A stretch of 19,156 nucleotides of DNA from Candidatus Omnitrophota bacterium. Lineage in GTDB: Bacteria > Omnitrophota > Gorgyraeia > JABMRN01 > RBG-13-46-9. The position numbers and the translations under genes are program-made. Of this stretch, positions 1-11,834 are shown one piece after another. A model generated the notes under the pieces. It saw only the letters and a list, made by a program, of their open reading frames with translations, was not told the origin of the DNA and made no database searches. The stretch is taken from the NCBI GenBank assembly GCA_013203315.1, contig JABMQJ010000011.1, positions 1-19,156 on the forward strand, in the 5' to 3' direction. Each line of letters opens with the position of its first letter. Within the stretch, counting starts at the first letter, position 1.

Positions 1-47
1 AGGTGTCCCTTCTTTGTATTTCTATCGGGACATCTTTAATTTCAGAA

Positions 48-2165
48 TTAGGGACGGGTTGCATTGGAAATCGCAAACGGTACATTTTCATTTCCTAATT
101 TTTCCGAGAATCTTCGCTTTAGCACTTCTTTAACGAGGCTATTTCTCGGGTCCTCAAGATCCGGGTCTTCCTCTACAAGCCTGAACGCCTCGGCGCGGGC
201 CTGTTCCATTATATCAAAATCCTTCAATATATTACCAAAACGAAGTTCCGGCAACCCGCCGTGTTGCCTGGTCCCGAAAAACTCCCCCGGCCCCCGGAGC
301 TCCAGGTCCTCGGCCGCAACCTTAAACCCGTCCTGCGTTTCCGCCATCGTAAAAAATCTCCTTTTCGCTGACTCAGTGCACGGATTACCCATCAATATGC
401 AGTACGAGGGATATTCGCCCCGTCCGATCCTTCCCCTCATCTGATGTAATTGTGAAAGCCCGAAACATTCGGCGTTTTCTATCATCATAACGGAGGCGTT
501 CGGGATATCTATGCCGACTTCGATAACGGTTGTTGAAACTAAAATATTTATTTTATTGCTCTTGAATTTTTTCATGACAGCCTCTTTTTCTTTCGCATTC
601 ATACGCCCGTGCATGAGGCCTACTTTTAGATCCGGAAAAATTTCTTCCTGAAGTTTATTGTACATGGCTGTTGCAGCTTTCAGCCTATTTCCTGAAGCAT
701 GGATATTTTTAGATGACCAAATTCTGGAATAGACAATGTATGCCTGGCGGCCGGCTCCTATCTCCTCTTTTATAAACTGATAGACTTTTTGTCGATTTTC
801 TTCCTCGATACAATATGTCGTAATCGGTTGCCTCCCACCGGGAAGTTCTTTTATAACAGAAATATCCAGATCCCCGTAAACGGTAAGCGCAAGCGTCCGC
901 GGGATGGGGGTCGCTGTCATCAGAAGAATATCCGGGTTCCATCCTTTTTTCTGCAGGAGCTGGCGCTGGCTTACCCCGAACTTATGCTGCTCGTCTATAA
1001 TTGCAAGCCCGAGTTTTTTAAATTCCACATCCTCCCATATAAGCGCATGTGTGCCGATTACAATATCTACCTCACCGGAATCTATTTCTTTTTTTATCTC
1101 GAGCTTCTTTTCGGACTTAAGACCGCTCACAAGAAGCCGTACGTTAACGCCAAGCGGCATGAGTAGCTCGCTTATCGTCATGTAATGCTGCCTTGCTAAA
1201 ATCTCAGTCGGAGCCATGAAGGCGGACTGGTATCCGTTTTTCAAGTCGAGTAAAAGCGCGTATATTGCGACAGCGGTCTTCCCGCTTCCGACGTCACCTT
1301 CCAGGAGGCGGTTCATGGGTTTCGGATTTGCCATATCAATTTGTACTTCATTAATCGCCTTAAACTGAGAGTTTGTAAGTTCGAATGAAAATAATTTTTT
1401 AAAAGATTCCATGAGATTTGCATCCAGGTTATGGCGTATGCCGGGCGTTTTAGTTTTGGCGCTTTTCTTTTTAAGTGCCAACGCAAGTTGAAGGATAAAA
1501 AATTCTTCAAAAACAAGCCGCCTGTACGCCCTGTCCAGATTTGCAAACGAAGCAGGAAAATGTATATTCCGAATTGCGAAATGAAAATCAACAAGGTGTG
1601 CCCTTGCCATTATGCGCGTGGGTAGGGCGCCTTTCGCGGAACTAAGGAAGCGAGTAATCGCTTCATGTGTTAAAAACCTTATATATCGCTGGGTTATATC
1701 TTGCGTGAGAGAATATGCGGGAACGATTCTTCCCATGTTAAGGGAATTATTCTCTGTAACAAATTCATATTCGGGATGGTTTATCTGGAGTTTTTTGTAT
1801 TTTTCAACTTTGCCGTATAGTGTAATCTCCTGACCGACTTTAAATAATTTTCGCAAGAATGGTTGGTTAAACCAGACGCAGTAAATTACGCCGGTTTTGT
1901 CACCGACGGCTATTTGGAATACTCTCATGCCCTTTCTCGTGGCATGATTGCCAAGCGTTAGAACCTTTCCCCTTACGACATGATGTTCGCCTACTTTTAA
2001 ATCTTTGATAAGGGTGAATTTACTTCTGTCTTCGTACCGGCGCGGCAGGTAATAAAGAAGATCTTCTATGGTATTTATATTCAGTTTTTGCAGGATTTCG
2101 GCTTTTTTGGGGCCTACGCCTTTTAGGTATCTTATGTTAGTTTTTTCCCATTTTTTTGCTTGCAT
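48..2165 (-). CDS. recG: ATP-dependent DNA helicase RecG
   Basis: N-terminal LKGVGPK and YLPRRYEDR, OB/wedge region, Walker A GDVGSGKT, MAPTEILA, DEQH, TATPIPRT, TTVIEVGID, QLHQMRGRIGRG and TRG motif DLELRGPGE. Start moved to ATG 2165 (MQAKK) because the longer ORF start overlaps rpmB. Confidence 0.97.
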   Translation of the reverse strand: MQAKKWEKTNIRYLKGVGPKKAEILQKLNINTIEDLLYYLPRRYEDRSKFTLIKDLKVGEHHVVRGKVLTLGNHATRKGMRVFQIAVGDKTGVIYCVWFNQPFLRKLFKVGQEITLYGKVEKYKKLQINHPEYEFVTENNSLNMGRIVPAYSLTQDITQRYIRFLTHEAITRFLSSAKGALPTRIMARAHLVDFHFAIRNIHFPASFANLDRAYRRLVFEEFFILQLALALKKKSAKTKTPGIRHNLDANLMESFKKLFSFELTNSQFKAINEVQIDMANPKPMNRLLEGDVGSGKTAVAIYALLLDLKNGYQSAFMAPTEILARQHYMTISELLMPLGVNVRLLVSGLKSEKKLEIKKEIDSGEVDIVIGTHALIWEDVEFKKLGLAIIDEQHKFGVSQRQLLQKKGWNPDILLMTATPIPRTLALTVYGDLDISVIKELPGGRQPITTYCIEEENRQKVYQFIKEEIGAGRQAYIVYSRIWSSKNIHASGNRLKAATAMYNKLQEEIFPDLKVGLMHGRMNAKEKEAVMKKFKSNKINILVSTTVIEVGIDIPNASVMMIENAECFGLSQLHQMRGRIGRGEYPSYCILMGNPCTESAKRRFFTMAETQDGFKVAAEDLELRGPGEFFGTRQHGGLPELRFGNILKDFDIMEQARAEAFRLVEEDPDLEDPRNSLVKEVLKRRFSEKLGNENVPFAISNATRP

Positions 2166-2188
2166 TGGGCAACTTTGTATGCTATTAT
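2160..2188 (+). promoter_or_regulatory. Putative sigma70 promoter of rpmB
   Basis: TTGCAT (2160-2165), 17-nt spacer, TATTAT (2183-2188) preceded by TGc (extended -10). SD-like GGAG at 2203-2206 before ATG 2213. Confidence 0.7.
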
Positions 2189-2212
2189 TACCGAACAAAT
2201 TCGGAGAAAAAA

Positions 2213-2443
2213 ATGTCAAAAATTTGCTATATATGCGGAAAAAAGCCCGTCGCGGGCAGAACCATTAAGCGGCGCGGTTTGGCCAAGAAAAAAGGCGGTG
2301 TCGGACAACGCATAACCGGCACAAGTAAACGCCGTTTCCTGCCTAATTTGCAAAGGGTGCGCGCCCTGATAGACGGTAAAGTAAAAAAGGTCCGCGTTTG
2401 CACCAAGTGCTTAAAAGCGGGCAAGATCACCAAGGCTGTCTAA
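2213..2443 (+). CDS. rpmB: 50S ribosomal protein L28 (four-cysteine, zinc-ribbon form)
   Basis: 76 aa, MSKICYICGK...KRRFLPNLQ...VRVCTKCLKAG: L28 signature with two CxxC pairs, very basic. GGAG precedes ATG 2213. Confidence 0.97.
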   Translation: MSKICYICGKKPVAGRTIKRRGLAKKKGGVGQRITGTSKRRFLPNLQRVRALIDGKVKKVRVCTKCLKAGKITKAV

Positions 2444-2448
2444 GCCCT

Positions 2449-4140
2449 CTATTCGGCTACCTTCAAATCTTTCAAATCAAGCTGCAAGGATGACAATCCC
2501 TGCCACGTATTTATTGACGGGGAATAAACGAGGCTTACCTTAGAACCTTTATACGGAACGCTCATGCCTTCGGCGCGAAAGCTTATAGCCTCACACGTAG
2601 TTTTATTGTCTGTAACCAGCATCTTGAAACCGTTTTTTGCTATTCTTCGCGGTTCATTTCTGAGATACACGTTGCTTGAAGAAAACATAGGCTTCGGATT
2701 TTCCGGGCCGAACGGCACCATGAGCGCCAGCTCTTCTATAAGCTTCTCGCTAATCTCGGAAAGTTCAACCTCTATATCAATATCCAGCGCCGGGTACAGG
2801 TCTTTATCCGCAATCACGTCTTTCGCAATTTTGTTAATACTTTCTGTAAAAGCGATAATGTTTTTCTTCTCTATCACCAAACCGCACGCCCCCTCGTGTC
2901 CGCCAAAATCCACAAGGTGTTTTTTGCAGGAATTTATTGCGTTAAAAAGATGAAAATTGTTGATGCTTCTTCCGGAGCCCTTGCCGATTTTGCCGTCTAC
3001 GGATATTATAATGGTTGGCCTGTAAAATTTATCGATGACGCGGCTTGCTACGATACCTATTACGCCGGTATGCCAGCTTGAGCCCGAAAGAACAATTATC
3101 CTGGAATCTTTAAAATTTATTTCTCTTTCGATTTTTTCCATAGCCTCACTTGTAACGCGGGCTTCTATCTTTTGTCTGTTCCTATTTTCCCGGTTAAGGG
3201 TTCCGGCTTTGGTTTGTGCTTCATTCGGGTCACTAGTGAGCAGTAAGTTTAAGGAAACCTCCGGAGATCCGACCCTGCCCATGGCATTTATCCGCGGGCC
3301 CAGAATGTAACCTATATGGCTGCATGAAATAATTTTTCCTTTTAAACCTGCTACTTCTACAAGCGCTTTTATTCCCATTTTTTCTGTAGTACTTAATTTT
3401 TTAAGGCCCTCTTTTGTAAGTATTCTATTCTCGCCTTTTTGAACCGACATATCGCTTACCGTGCCGAGGGCAACAAGATCCAGGTGCTCTTCTACCTGAT
3501 AAGGCGTATTCTTTAAAAGCACCTGCGCCAACTTGTATGCCAATCCCACCCCGGCAAGATGCTTAAACGGGTAGTTGCAATCTTTCTGTAACGGATTTAT
3601 TATAGCGTAGGCTTTTGGCAGTGTCTCGGACTTAATTTCATGATGGTCGGTTATTATGACGTCTATGCCGAATTCGTTTGCGAGGTCTATCTCTTTATGC
3701 GCGCTTATGCCACAGTCGACTGTTATCATAAGAGAGTTTTTATTGCGATGGGCAAGCTTTACGGCATTTATGTTTAAGCCGTAGCCTTCTTCGAGCCTGT
3801 TTGGGATGTAATTTGTGACTTTGGCGCCCAGGCGCGTAAGGACAATGTTCAAAAGCGCCACGCTCGTTATACCGTCGACGTCGTAATCGCCGTATAGAAG
3901 TATGTTTTCCTTACTTTTTATGGCGCGATTGATTCTCGTGGCCGCTTTTTCCATGTCTTTGAAAAGTGCCGGATCATGGCAGGAGGTGAGGTCACCATGC
4001 AGAAAATGGTGTGCCTGCATTTCGTCCTTTATGCCCCTATTAAAAAGAAGCTGGGCGATAATAGGAGAAACATTTAAAGACGCGGCAAGCGAGCTTGAGA
4101 GTTCGGGCTCCCGCCTTTTTAAGCGCCAGATTCGATTCAC
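2449..4140 (-). CDS. recJ: Single-stranded-DNA-specific exonuclease RecJ
   Basis: DHH-family motifs GDYDVDG, TVDCG, TDHH, DLVALGTVSD, PRINAMGR; DHHA1 motifs GSGRS and GGH; PFGPENPKP. GTG start. Confidence 0.97.
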   Translation of the reverse strand: MNRIWRLKRREPELSSSLAASLNVSPIIAQLLFNRGIKDEMQAHHFLHGDLTSCHDPALFKDMEKAATRINRAIKSKENILLYGDYDVDGITSVALLNIVLTRLGAKVTNYIPNRLEEGYGLNINAVKLAHRNKNSLMITVDCGISAHKEIDLANEFGIDVIITDHHEIKSETLPKAYAIINPLQKDCNYPFKHLAGVGLAYKLAQVLLKNTPYQVEEHLDLVALGTVSDMSVQKGENRILTKEGLKKLSTTEKMGIKALVEVAGLKGKIISCSHIGYILGPRINAMGRVGSPEVSLNLLLTSDPNEAQTKAGTLNRENRNRQKIEARVTSEAMEKIEREINFKDSRIIVLSGSSWHTGVIGIVASRVIDKFYRPTIIISVDGKIGKGSGRSINNFHLFNAINSCKKHLVDFGGHEGACGLVIEKKNIIAFTESINKIAKDVIADKDLYPALDIDIEVELSEISEKLIEELALMVPFGPENPKPMFSSSNVYLRNEPRRIAKNGFKMLVTDNKTTCEAISFRAEGMSVPYKGSKVSLVYSPSINTWQGLSSLQLDLKDLKVAE

Positions 4141-4169
4141 TTACTGTATTTTCCTTTTTTGGGTATAAA

Positions 4170-6392
4170 TTACCTAACGCGTTTTGACGGCCAATCGATC
4201 AGGATGGGACTTGCGATAAAAATCGATGAATATGTACCGGAAATAATACCCACGAGCATCACAAACGCAAAATCGTTGATGACTTCCCCACCCAAGAAAT
4301 AAAGCGCCGAAACAACCATGAGGGTTGTGAGTGATGTCAAAAGTGTTCGTGAAAACGTCTGATTTATGCTTGCGTTTATGATTTCTTTGTATGAGGCCTT
4401 TCGCATGAGCTTCCTGTCTTCTCTAATGCGGTCAAAAACAACTATCGTATCGTTTATCGAATAACCGACGATAGTAAGAAGCGCCGCTATAACCGGGATC
4501 GAAAGTTCTCTGCCGGTAAGGGCGATGGCCCCAAGGCTTATGGCAACGTCGTGAAGCAATGCTACGATAGCGGCTATAGCGAATCTAAATTCAAACCTGA
4601 AGGACACGTAAATGCATATGCCTATCATGGCAAAAATTACCGCCTTCATGGCTTTTTCTCTTAAATCGCGGCCGATGGACGGCCCTACTTTCTCAAGCCT
4701 CATTATTTCGAACTCGTTCCCGGCAAAAGACGTCCTGAATTTCTTAGCCACTTCCCCGGAATTATCTTCCTGCGTTCTGATCAAAATTTCTCTTTTGTCG
4801 GTAAACTGTTGTATGGGGACTTCTCCGGTGCCGATTCCCGCCAAGGCACCCCGGATCTCGTCAAGCGGAATGACTTCTTGAAATTTATATTGCTGCAAAA
4901 CACCGCCTGTAAAATCTATACCGTAATTTGCTTCGTTTCTTTTTACGAAACTAAACATGCCTATGGCAATTATAATTATGGAAAGAATATACGCCGGCCT
5001 CCGGAATTTCACGAAGTCAACTTTCATATTCTTTACGAACTGAAACATCGTGAGCTTATTTATTTTGCGACCGCCTGTGGTAAGCAGGTCCAAAACAAGC
5101 CTTGTGACAACAATAGCCGTAAACATACTAGAGATAATACCTATACTAAGAACCGTGGCAAAACCCCTTACCGGCCCTGTGCCGAACTGGAAAAGTATAA
5201 GCGCGGTTATAAGGGTCGTGAGGTTAGCGTCAAGAATCGTTACGAATGCCCTGCGGAAACCGCTTTGTATTGCTGCACGGATGGATTTCCCGAGCTTGGA
5301 TTCCTCCCTTATGCGCTCGAATATAAGAACGTTTGCGTCAACCGACATGCCTATCGTAAGAACAAGGCCTGCTATGCCGGGTAGCGTGAGCGTCGCGTGG
5401 AAATAAGAGAGCGCACCTGTGATCAGGATCATATTAAGAATGAGCGCAAAGTCCGCGATTAATCCGGCAAGAAGATAATAGGTAGCCATGAAAGTAAGAA
5501 CCGCGATCCCGCCTATTACAATAGCTCTTATCCCTCTTTGCACTGAGTCTTTACCGAGCGTGGGGCCGACTGTTCTTTCTTCTATGATTTCTACCGGAGC
5601 GGGAAGCGCACCGGCGCGTAATATTATAGCCAGGTCATTTGCTTCCTGAGCCGAAAAATTACCGGTTATCTGCGCGCGGCCTGATGGGATCTTTTCCCTG
5701 ATCACCGGCGCGCTATACACAGTGCCGTCTAAAACAATTGCAAGTCTTTTTCCGATATTGTCCCCGGTAACCTCGGCAAAAGTAGCGCCGCCTTTATTGT
5801 TGAACGTAATTGAAACGTATGGCTGATTAAAAGAAGACTGGCTGAAATCCGTAGTCGCGTCAACCAAAGTGTCACCGCTAAGTACGGATTTTTTCTCTAA
5901 AAGAACATCTTCCGCACTATCATCTCTACCCTTTAGAGCCTTAAGCTCGTAGCCTTCCGGCACGTTTCCGCCGAGGGCTTCTTTTAAAAGCTCCGGGTCA
6001 TCAGAAATAAGCCTGAACTCCAGGTGCGCTGAACTTTTTATGAGCTTGATCGCTCTTTCCCTGTCCGTTATTCCGGGTAGCTGGAGAACTATCCTGTCAT
6101 TGCCCTGGCGCTGTATAGATGGTTCCAATACGCCAAACTCGTCAATTCTGTTCCGTATTATCTCAAGCGCTCTGTCAGGGGCATCTTTTGCTTCGTTGGG
6201 CGTTAATTTCGAAGTATCAACCCAGAGGACAAGATGCATACCGCCCTGCAAGTCCAATCCTAAGTTAATTTTCCCTTCTTTTGTAACCTTACCCGCCTCG
6301 TCGTGTACGTCAAGCGGCGGATACCCCAAGAACAACGCAAACCCGACAACTATTACAATTAGAGCAACTTTCCACTTAAGATTGCGAACCAT
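4170..6392 (-). CDS. secDF: Fused protein translocase subunit SecDF
   Basis: SecD motifs LGLDLQGG, LRAGALPAP, VGPTLG, IGMSVDANVLIFERIREE followed in frame by SecF motifs GIDFTGG, VGPSIG, GYSINDTIVVFDRIRE, RTLLTS. SD GGAGGT upstream. Confidence 0.97.
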   Translation of the reverse strand: MVRNLKWKVALIVIVVGFALFLGYPPLDVHDEAGKVTKEGKINLGLDLQGGMHLVLWVDTSKLTPNEAKDAPDRALEIIRNRIDEFGVLEPSIQRQGNDRIVLQLPGITDRERAIKLIKSSAHLEFRLISDDPELLKEALGGNVPEGYELKALKGRDDSAEDVLLEKKSVLSGDTLVDATTDFSQSSFNQPYVSITFNNKGGATFAEVTGDNIGKRLAIVLDGTVYSAPVIREKIPSGRAQITGNFSAQEANDLAIILRAGALPAPVEIIEERTVGPTLGKDSVQRGIRAIVIGGIAVLTFMATYYLLAGLIADFALILNMILITGALSYFHATLTLPGIAGLVLTIGMSVDANVLIFERIREESKLGKSIRAAIQSGFRRAFVTILDANLTTLITALILFQFGTGPVRGFATVLSIGIISSMFTAIVVTRLVLDLLTTGGRKINKLTMFQFVKNMKVDFVKFRRPAYILSIIIIAIGMFSFVKRNEANYGIDFTGGVLQQYKFQEVIPLDEIRGALAGIGTGEVPIQQFTDKREILIRTQEDNSGEVAKKFRTSFAGNEFEIMRLEKVGPSIGRDLREKAMKAVIFAMIGICIYVSFRFEFRFAIAAIVALLHDVAISLGAIALTGRELSIPVIAALLTIVGYSINDTIVVFDRIREDRKLMRKASYKEIINASINQTFSRTLLTSLTTLMVVSALYFLGGEVINDFAFVMLVGIISGTYSSIFIASPILIDWPSKRVR

Positions 6393-6406
6393 ACCACCTC
6401 CACTTT

Positions 6407-6487
6407 TCGTCGTTGCGAGGAGGCCGAAGGCCGACGAAGCAATCCCATGAGATTGCTTCGGGCGCTATTGCGCCCTCGCGATGACGA
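6407..6487. repeat. CGTC-tagged palindromic (REP/MITE-like) element
   Basis: Terminal inverted repeats TCGTCGTTGCGAGG (6407-6420) and CCTCGCGATGACGA (6474-6487), 12/14 match. They enclose three hairpins: GGCC-gaa-GGCC, CGAAGCAATC/GATTGCTTCG (perfect 10 bp) and GGCGC-tatt-GCGCC. Resembles the GTCATTGCGAG...GAAGCAATC palindromic repeat class. Confidence 0.8.
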
Positions 6488-6492
6488 CTTAT

Positions 6493-8988
<2,496 letters not shown>

Positions 8989-8992
<4 letters not shown>

Positions 8993-10155
8993 ATTTTGTT
9001 GATATCTGTTATTTTGGCGCCGGGGTAATAAAATTCAAGGATCTGCTTATAGTTGAAGCGGCGTTTACCCATTCCGAAAGCGCCCCACTGGCACATGCCG
9101 ACACCGTGGCCCCAGCCCTTTCCATTGAATACCACACCCTTTGATGTAATTCTTATTGTAAAATTGGTGCTCCGTAATTTATTCGGGCCAAGTGCCAGGC
9201 GAAATTTGTACGCCTTAATGGTTTCTGTGCCTTTTTTGTGCCTGACCTTTACGCTTTCTAACCGGCCCGAAGCATCGCGCTTACCTTCGACGATAAAATT
9301 TACACCGTTAAGGGCGATACCGTAATTGTTGAGTTTTTTCTCTATTTGTTTATAGGAAAAAGATTTTTTCCACTGCATGTGCGGGGCGCCCTTGCAGTAA
9401 GGGCAGCTCACACCTCTAAGGGGCGGCAGGCTCATGTTGAAAACGATTTTCGCGCTCTCAGTATGCCCCGCGCACATTGAGTGGTAATACGCGGGAAGGA
9501 CTTTTCCTTTGTATGTCAAAATTTTTCCGCGTGTCCTATCCACGGCTTTTCGCGTGCTCCGGCGCTCACCGGCGCGTCCTCCGTAAACCTGCGAGTAAAT
9601 GTCGCTTGTAAGGTCATAATCTTTCTCGCGCATTATTTCTTTTCTGTGCATGGCAAACGTTCTGGCGGCCACGGCCTGGGCCTTCAGGGTTTCTGCGGGC
9701 CAGTAGTACGGGGTTTCATGATGCAAAACACCGTAGAGATATTTTTCGATATCCACGTGGTTTACGACAAGAAGCTTGAATTTTTCTGTCCTTATGATAT
9801 CGACAATACCGCGAAATGGTTTTCTATTAAGATAAATAGTAGCGTCTTTTTCGGGAATAATTCTTATCCCATAAATTTTAAATTCCTGAACGCCTAACCG
9901 GAAGCCCAAAAGAAGACCGCTATTGGTGGGGATAACATAGGAGGTTTTTAAATATTTCCCCTCATCCAGGAGGAGATCCTTATTTATCGCCTCTATCCTG
10001 TAGGGGCCCTTCACACTAAGCATAATTTTTTCTTCGTCGCCGGCTACACGTATTCTTACGCTCACGGGATCCTGCGAATAGGAAAACCCTGCGAAAGAAA
10101 TTCCAAGAAGTATGCTTATGATTAAAATCAGTGAAAAAACGGCAAGTTTCGTCAT
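8989..10155 (-). CDS. SpoIID/LytB-domain protein (putative exported peptidoglycan lytic transglycosylase)
   Basis: Hydrophobic signal-like N-terminus; VNHVDIEKYLYGVLHHE (conserved Glu), LKAQAVAARTFA, SQVYGG, YHS..AGHTE, LRST.F, GKGWGHGVGMCQWGA, ILEFYYPG. Confidence 0.92.
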
Positions 10156-10213
10156 CTTCTAAAGAATATAAGCGATAAAACGACGCTTATTAAAGTATAT
10201 GTAGTACATTTTC

Positions 10214-10248
10214 CTATTTGCTATCCGCTATGTGCTATGCGCCATATG
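10214..10248. repeat. Degenerate heptamer tandem repeat CTATNNG x5
   Basis: ctatttg-ctatccg-ctatgtg-ctatgcg-ccatatg, read directly; spans the queH stop codon. Confidence 0.7.
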
Positions 10249-10797
10249 CTCTAGCTGTTTGGCTTTTCGTCTTTCTTCGCGTTCGACCATGGAGAATACG
10301 CAGCCGCAGTAATTCTGGCAATATATACACTTTTCTCTGGCAATCCTGTGCACATCTTTAAATCCGGTTCTAAAATCTTTGTAATAAAATTTTATATTCT
10401 TTCTCTCGGAAAGATCCTCGCAGATTTCTCTTATTGCCTCGTGATCCTGGTAGATGCTGCCTAAAAGCGTCGTGGAAAAAGCATCAAACCTGTTTTTACT
10501 CGCAAAACTTGCGGTCTCCCCAAGCCTCATGCGCCAACACATAAGACAACGCTCGGGTAAACCGGTTTTCCCCGCAATATTATTAAAAAAGGTTCCTGCT
10601 GCATGTTCGGCGCAAATAAGATTCAGCCCTTCGGACCTGAAATATTTTTCTGCTTCTTTTTCACGTTTGTCGTATTCGGAATGGGGATGAATATTAGGGT
10701 TGTAGTAAAAACCTGTTACGCTGAAATTATCATTTTTTGCTTCGATAGCAGCGTGTATTGCGCACGGCGCGCAACAAGTATGCAGTAACAGTTTCAA
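10228..10797 (-). CDS. queH: Epoxyqueuosine reductase QueH (DUF208)
   Basis: [43 protein letters not shown] start overlaps the ruvB stop; clustered with queA/tgt. Confidence 0.93.
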   Translation of the reverse strand: MKLLLHTCCAPCAIHAAIEAKNDNFSVTGFYYNPNIHPHSEYDKREKEAEKYFRSEGLNLICAEHAAGTFFNNIAGKTGLPERCLMCWRMRLGETASFASKNRFDAFSTTLLGSIYQDHEAIREICEDLSERKNIKFYYKDFRTGFKDVHRIAREKCIYCQNYCGCVFSMVEREERRKAKQLEHMAHST

Positions 10798-11834
10798 AAT
10801 AATTCTTTCTGTGCTTCTTTTTTGAGGCCCAAGTGCCTGTAGGCCGGCTCTGTAAGCTGTCTTCCGCGTGGTGTTCTTTTAATGAACCCGATTTTGAGAA
10901 GAAACGGCTCTACAATGTCCACGATCGTGTCGGGTTCCTCACCCATGGCAGAAGCCAAGGCCTCAATGCCGACCGGACCGCCGCCATAAGAAGAATGCAT
11001 GGCCTGAACTACTCTTCTGTCTATGGAATCAAGTCCCATCTCATCCACGCCGTGATTCTTAAGGGCTTTTATTGCCACGTCCTTGGTTATTTTCCCGTCC
11101 GATTTCACTTCTGACCAGTCACGAACGCGGCGCAGGAGCCTGTTTACTACCCGCGGCGTCCCGCGGGATCTCTTGGCGATTTCAAGCGCTCCTTCTTTGT
11201 CTATGGGAATATTTAAAATTTTAGCGGACCTTGTAACGATTCTAAAGAGATCCTCGGTATCATAGAAATCCACGTGGTGAAACATGCCGAATCTTCCGCG
11301 AAGCGGCGCAGTAAGAAACCCGGCCCGCGTGGTAGCTCCGATAAGCGTGAATTTTTTTAAGTTGAATTTGATCGTTTTTGCATAAGGGCCCTTGTCTATA
11401 ATGAAGTCTATCTGATAGCTCTCCATCGCCGGATACAGAAACTCCTCCACGACTTTTGCCAAGCGGTGAATTTCGTCTATAAAAAGGATGTCTCCCTGGG
11501 AAAGGTTAGTGAGAATACCGATTAAATCCCCTGCCCGCTCAATCGCAGGCCCGCTGGTGGCGATAACAGATACACCCATTTCGTTTGCTATGACGTGTGC
11601 GAGGCTTGTCTTCCCGAGCCCCGGAGGCCCGGAAAGAAGCACGTGTTCAAGTGGCTCTTTTCTTCTTTTCGCGGCTTCGAGAGATATTTTAAGGTTATCT
11701 ATGGTTTCTTTTTGGCCGATAAAATCTTTTATTTTTTCCGGCCTGAGAGACATGTTTAATATAACGTCTTCCTCGGTCTCTTTTTCTTTCAAGATGGTTT
11801 CACGTTTGTCATCAATTTTATTTTGTTTTTTCAT
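10794..11834 (-). CDS. ruvB: Holliday junction branch-migration ATPase RuvB
   Basis: [46 protein letters not shown]...RTPRGR. Confidence 0.98.
   Translation of the reverse strand: MKKQNKIDDKRETILKEKETEEDVILNMSLRPEKIKDFIGQKETIDNLKISLEAAKRRKEPLEHVLLSGPPGLGKTSLAHVIANEMGVSVIATSGPAIERAGDLIGILTNLSQGDILFIDEIHRLAKVVEEFLYPAMESYQIDFIIDKGPYAKTIKFNLKKFTLIGATTRAGFLTAPLRGRFGMFHHVDFYDTEDLFRIVTRSAKILNIPIDKEGALEIAKRSRGTPRVVNRLLRRVRDWSEVKSDGKITKDVAIKALKNHGVDEMGLDSIDRRVVQAMHSSYGGGPVGIEALASAMGEEPDTIVDIVEPFLLKIGFIKRTPRGRQLTEPAYRHLGLKKEAQKELF

Noticed and set aside
680-735. Divergent RecG segment VYSRIWSSKNIHASGNRL as a possible frameshift
   Set aside because: The frame is continuous and flanking motifs are intact; this loop is variable.
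2156-2212. N-terminal extension of rpmB given by the ORF track
   Set aside because: L28 homology starts at MSKIC, and an SD precedes ATG 2213.
2166-2219. N-terminal extension of recG given by the ORF track
   Set aside because: Overlaps the rpmB start, RBS and promoter; RecG-like sequence begins after M19.
2214-2219. Perfect TTGACA on the - strand as a recG -35
   Set aside because: No -10 at 16-18 nt spacing (GTTCGG at 17); the hexamer is explained by rpmB codons ATG TCA A.
6407-6487. tRNA, given the cloverleaf-like shape and ~80 nt length
   Set aside because: No properly placed T-loop GTTCRA, D-loop, 7-nt anticodon loop or CCA end; stem lengths do not fit.
10156-10227. preQ1 riboswitch ahead of the queuosine genes
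   Set aside because: No AGAGGUUCUAG-type stem-loop with A-rich tail seen; the other que gene junctions are too short or overlapping.
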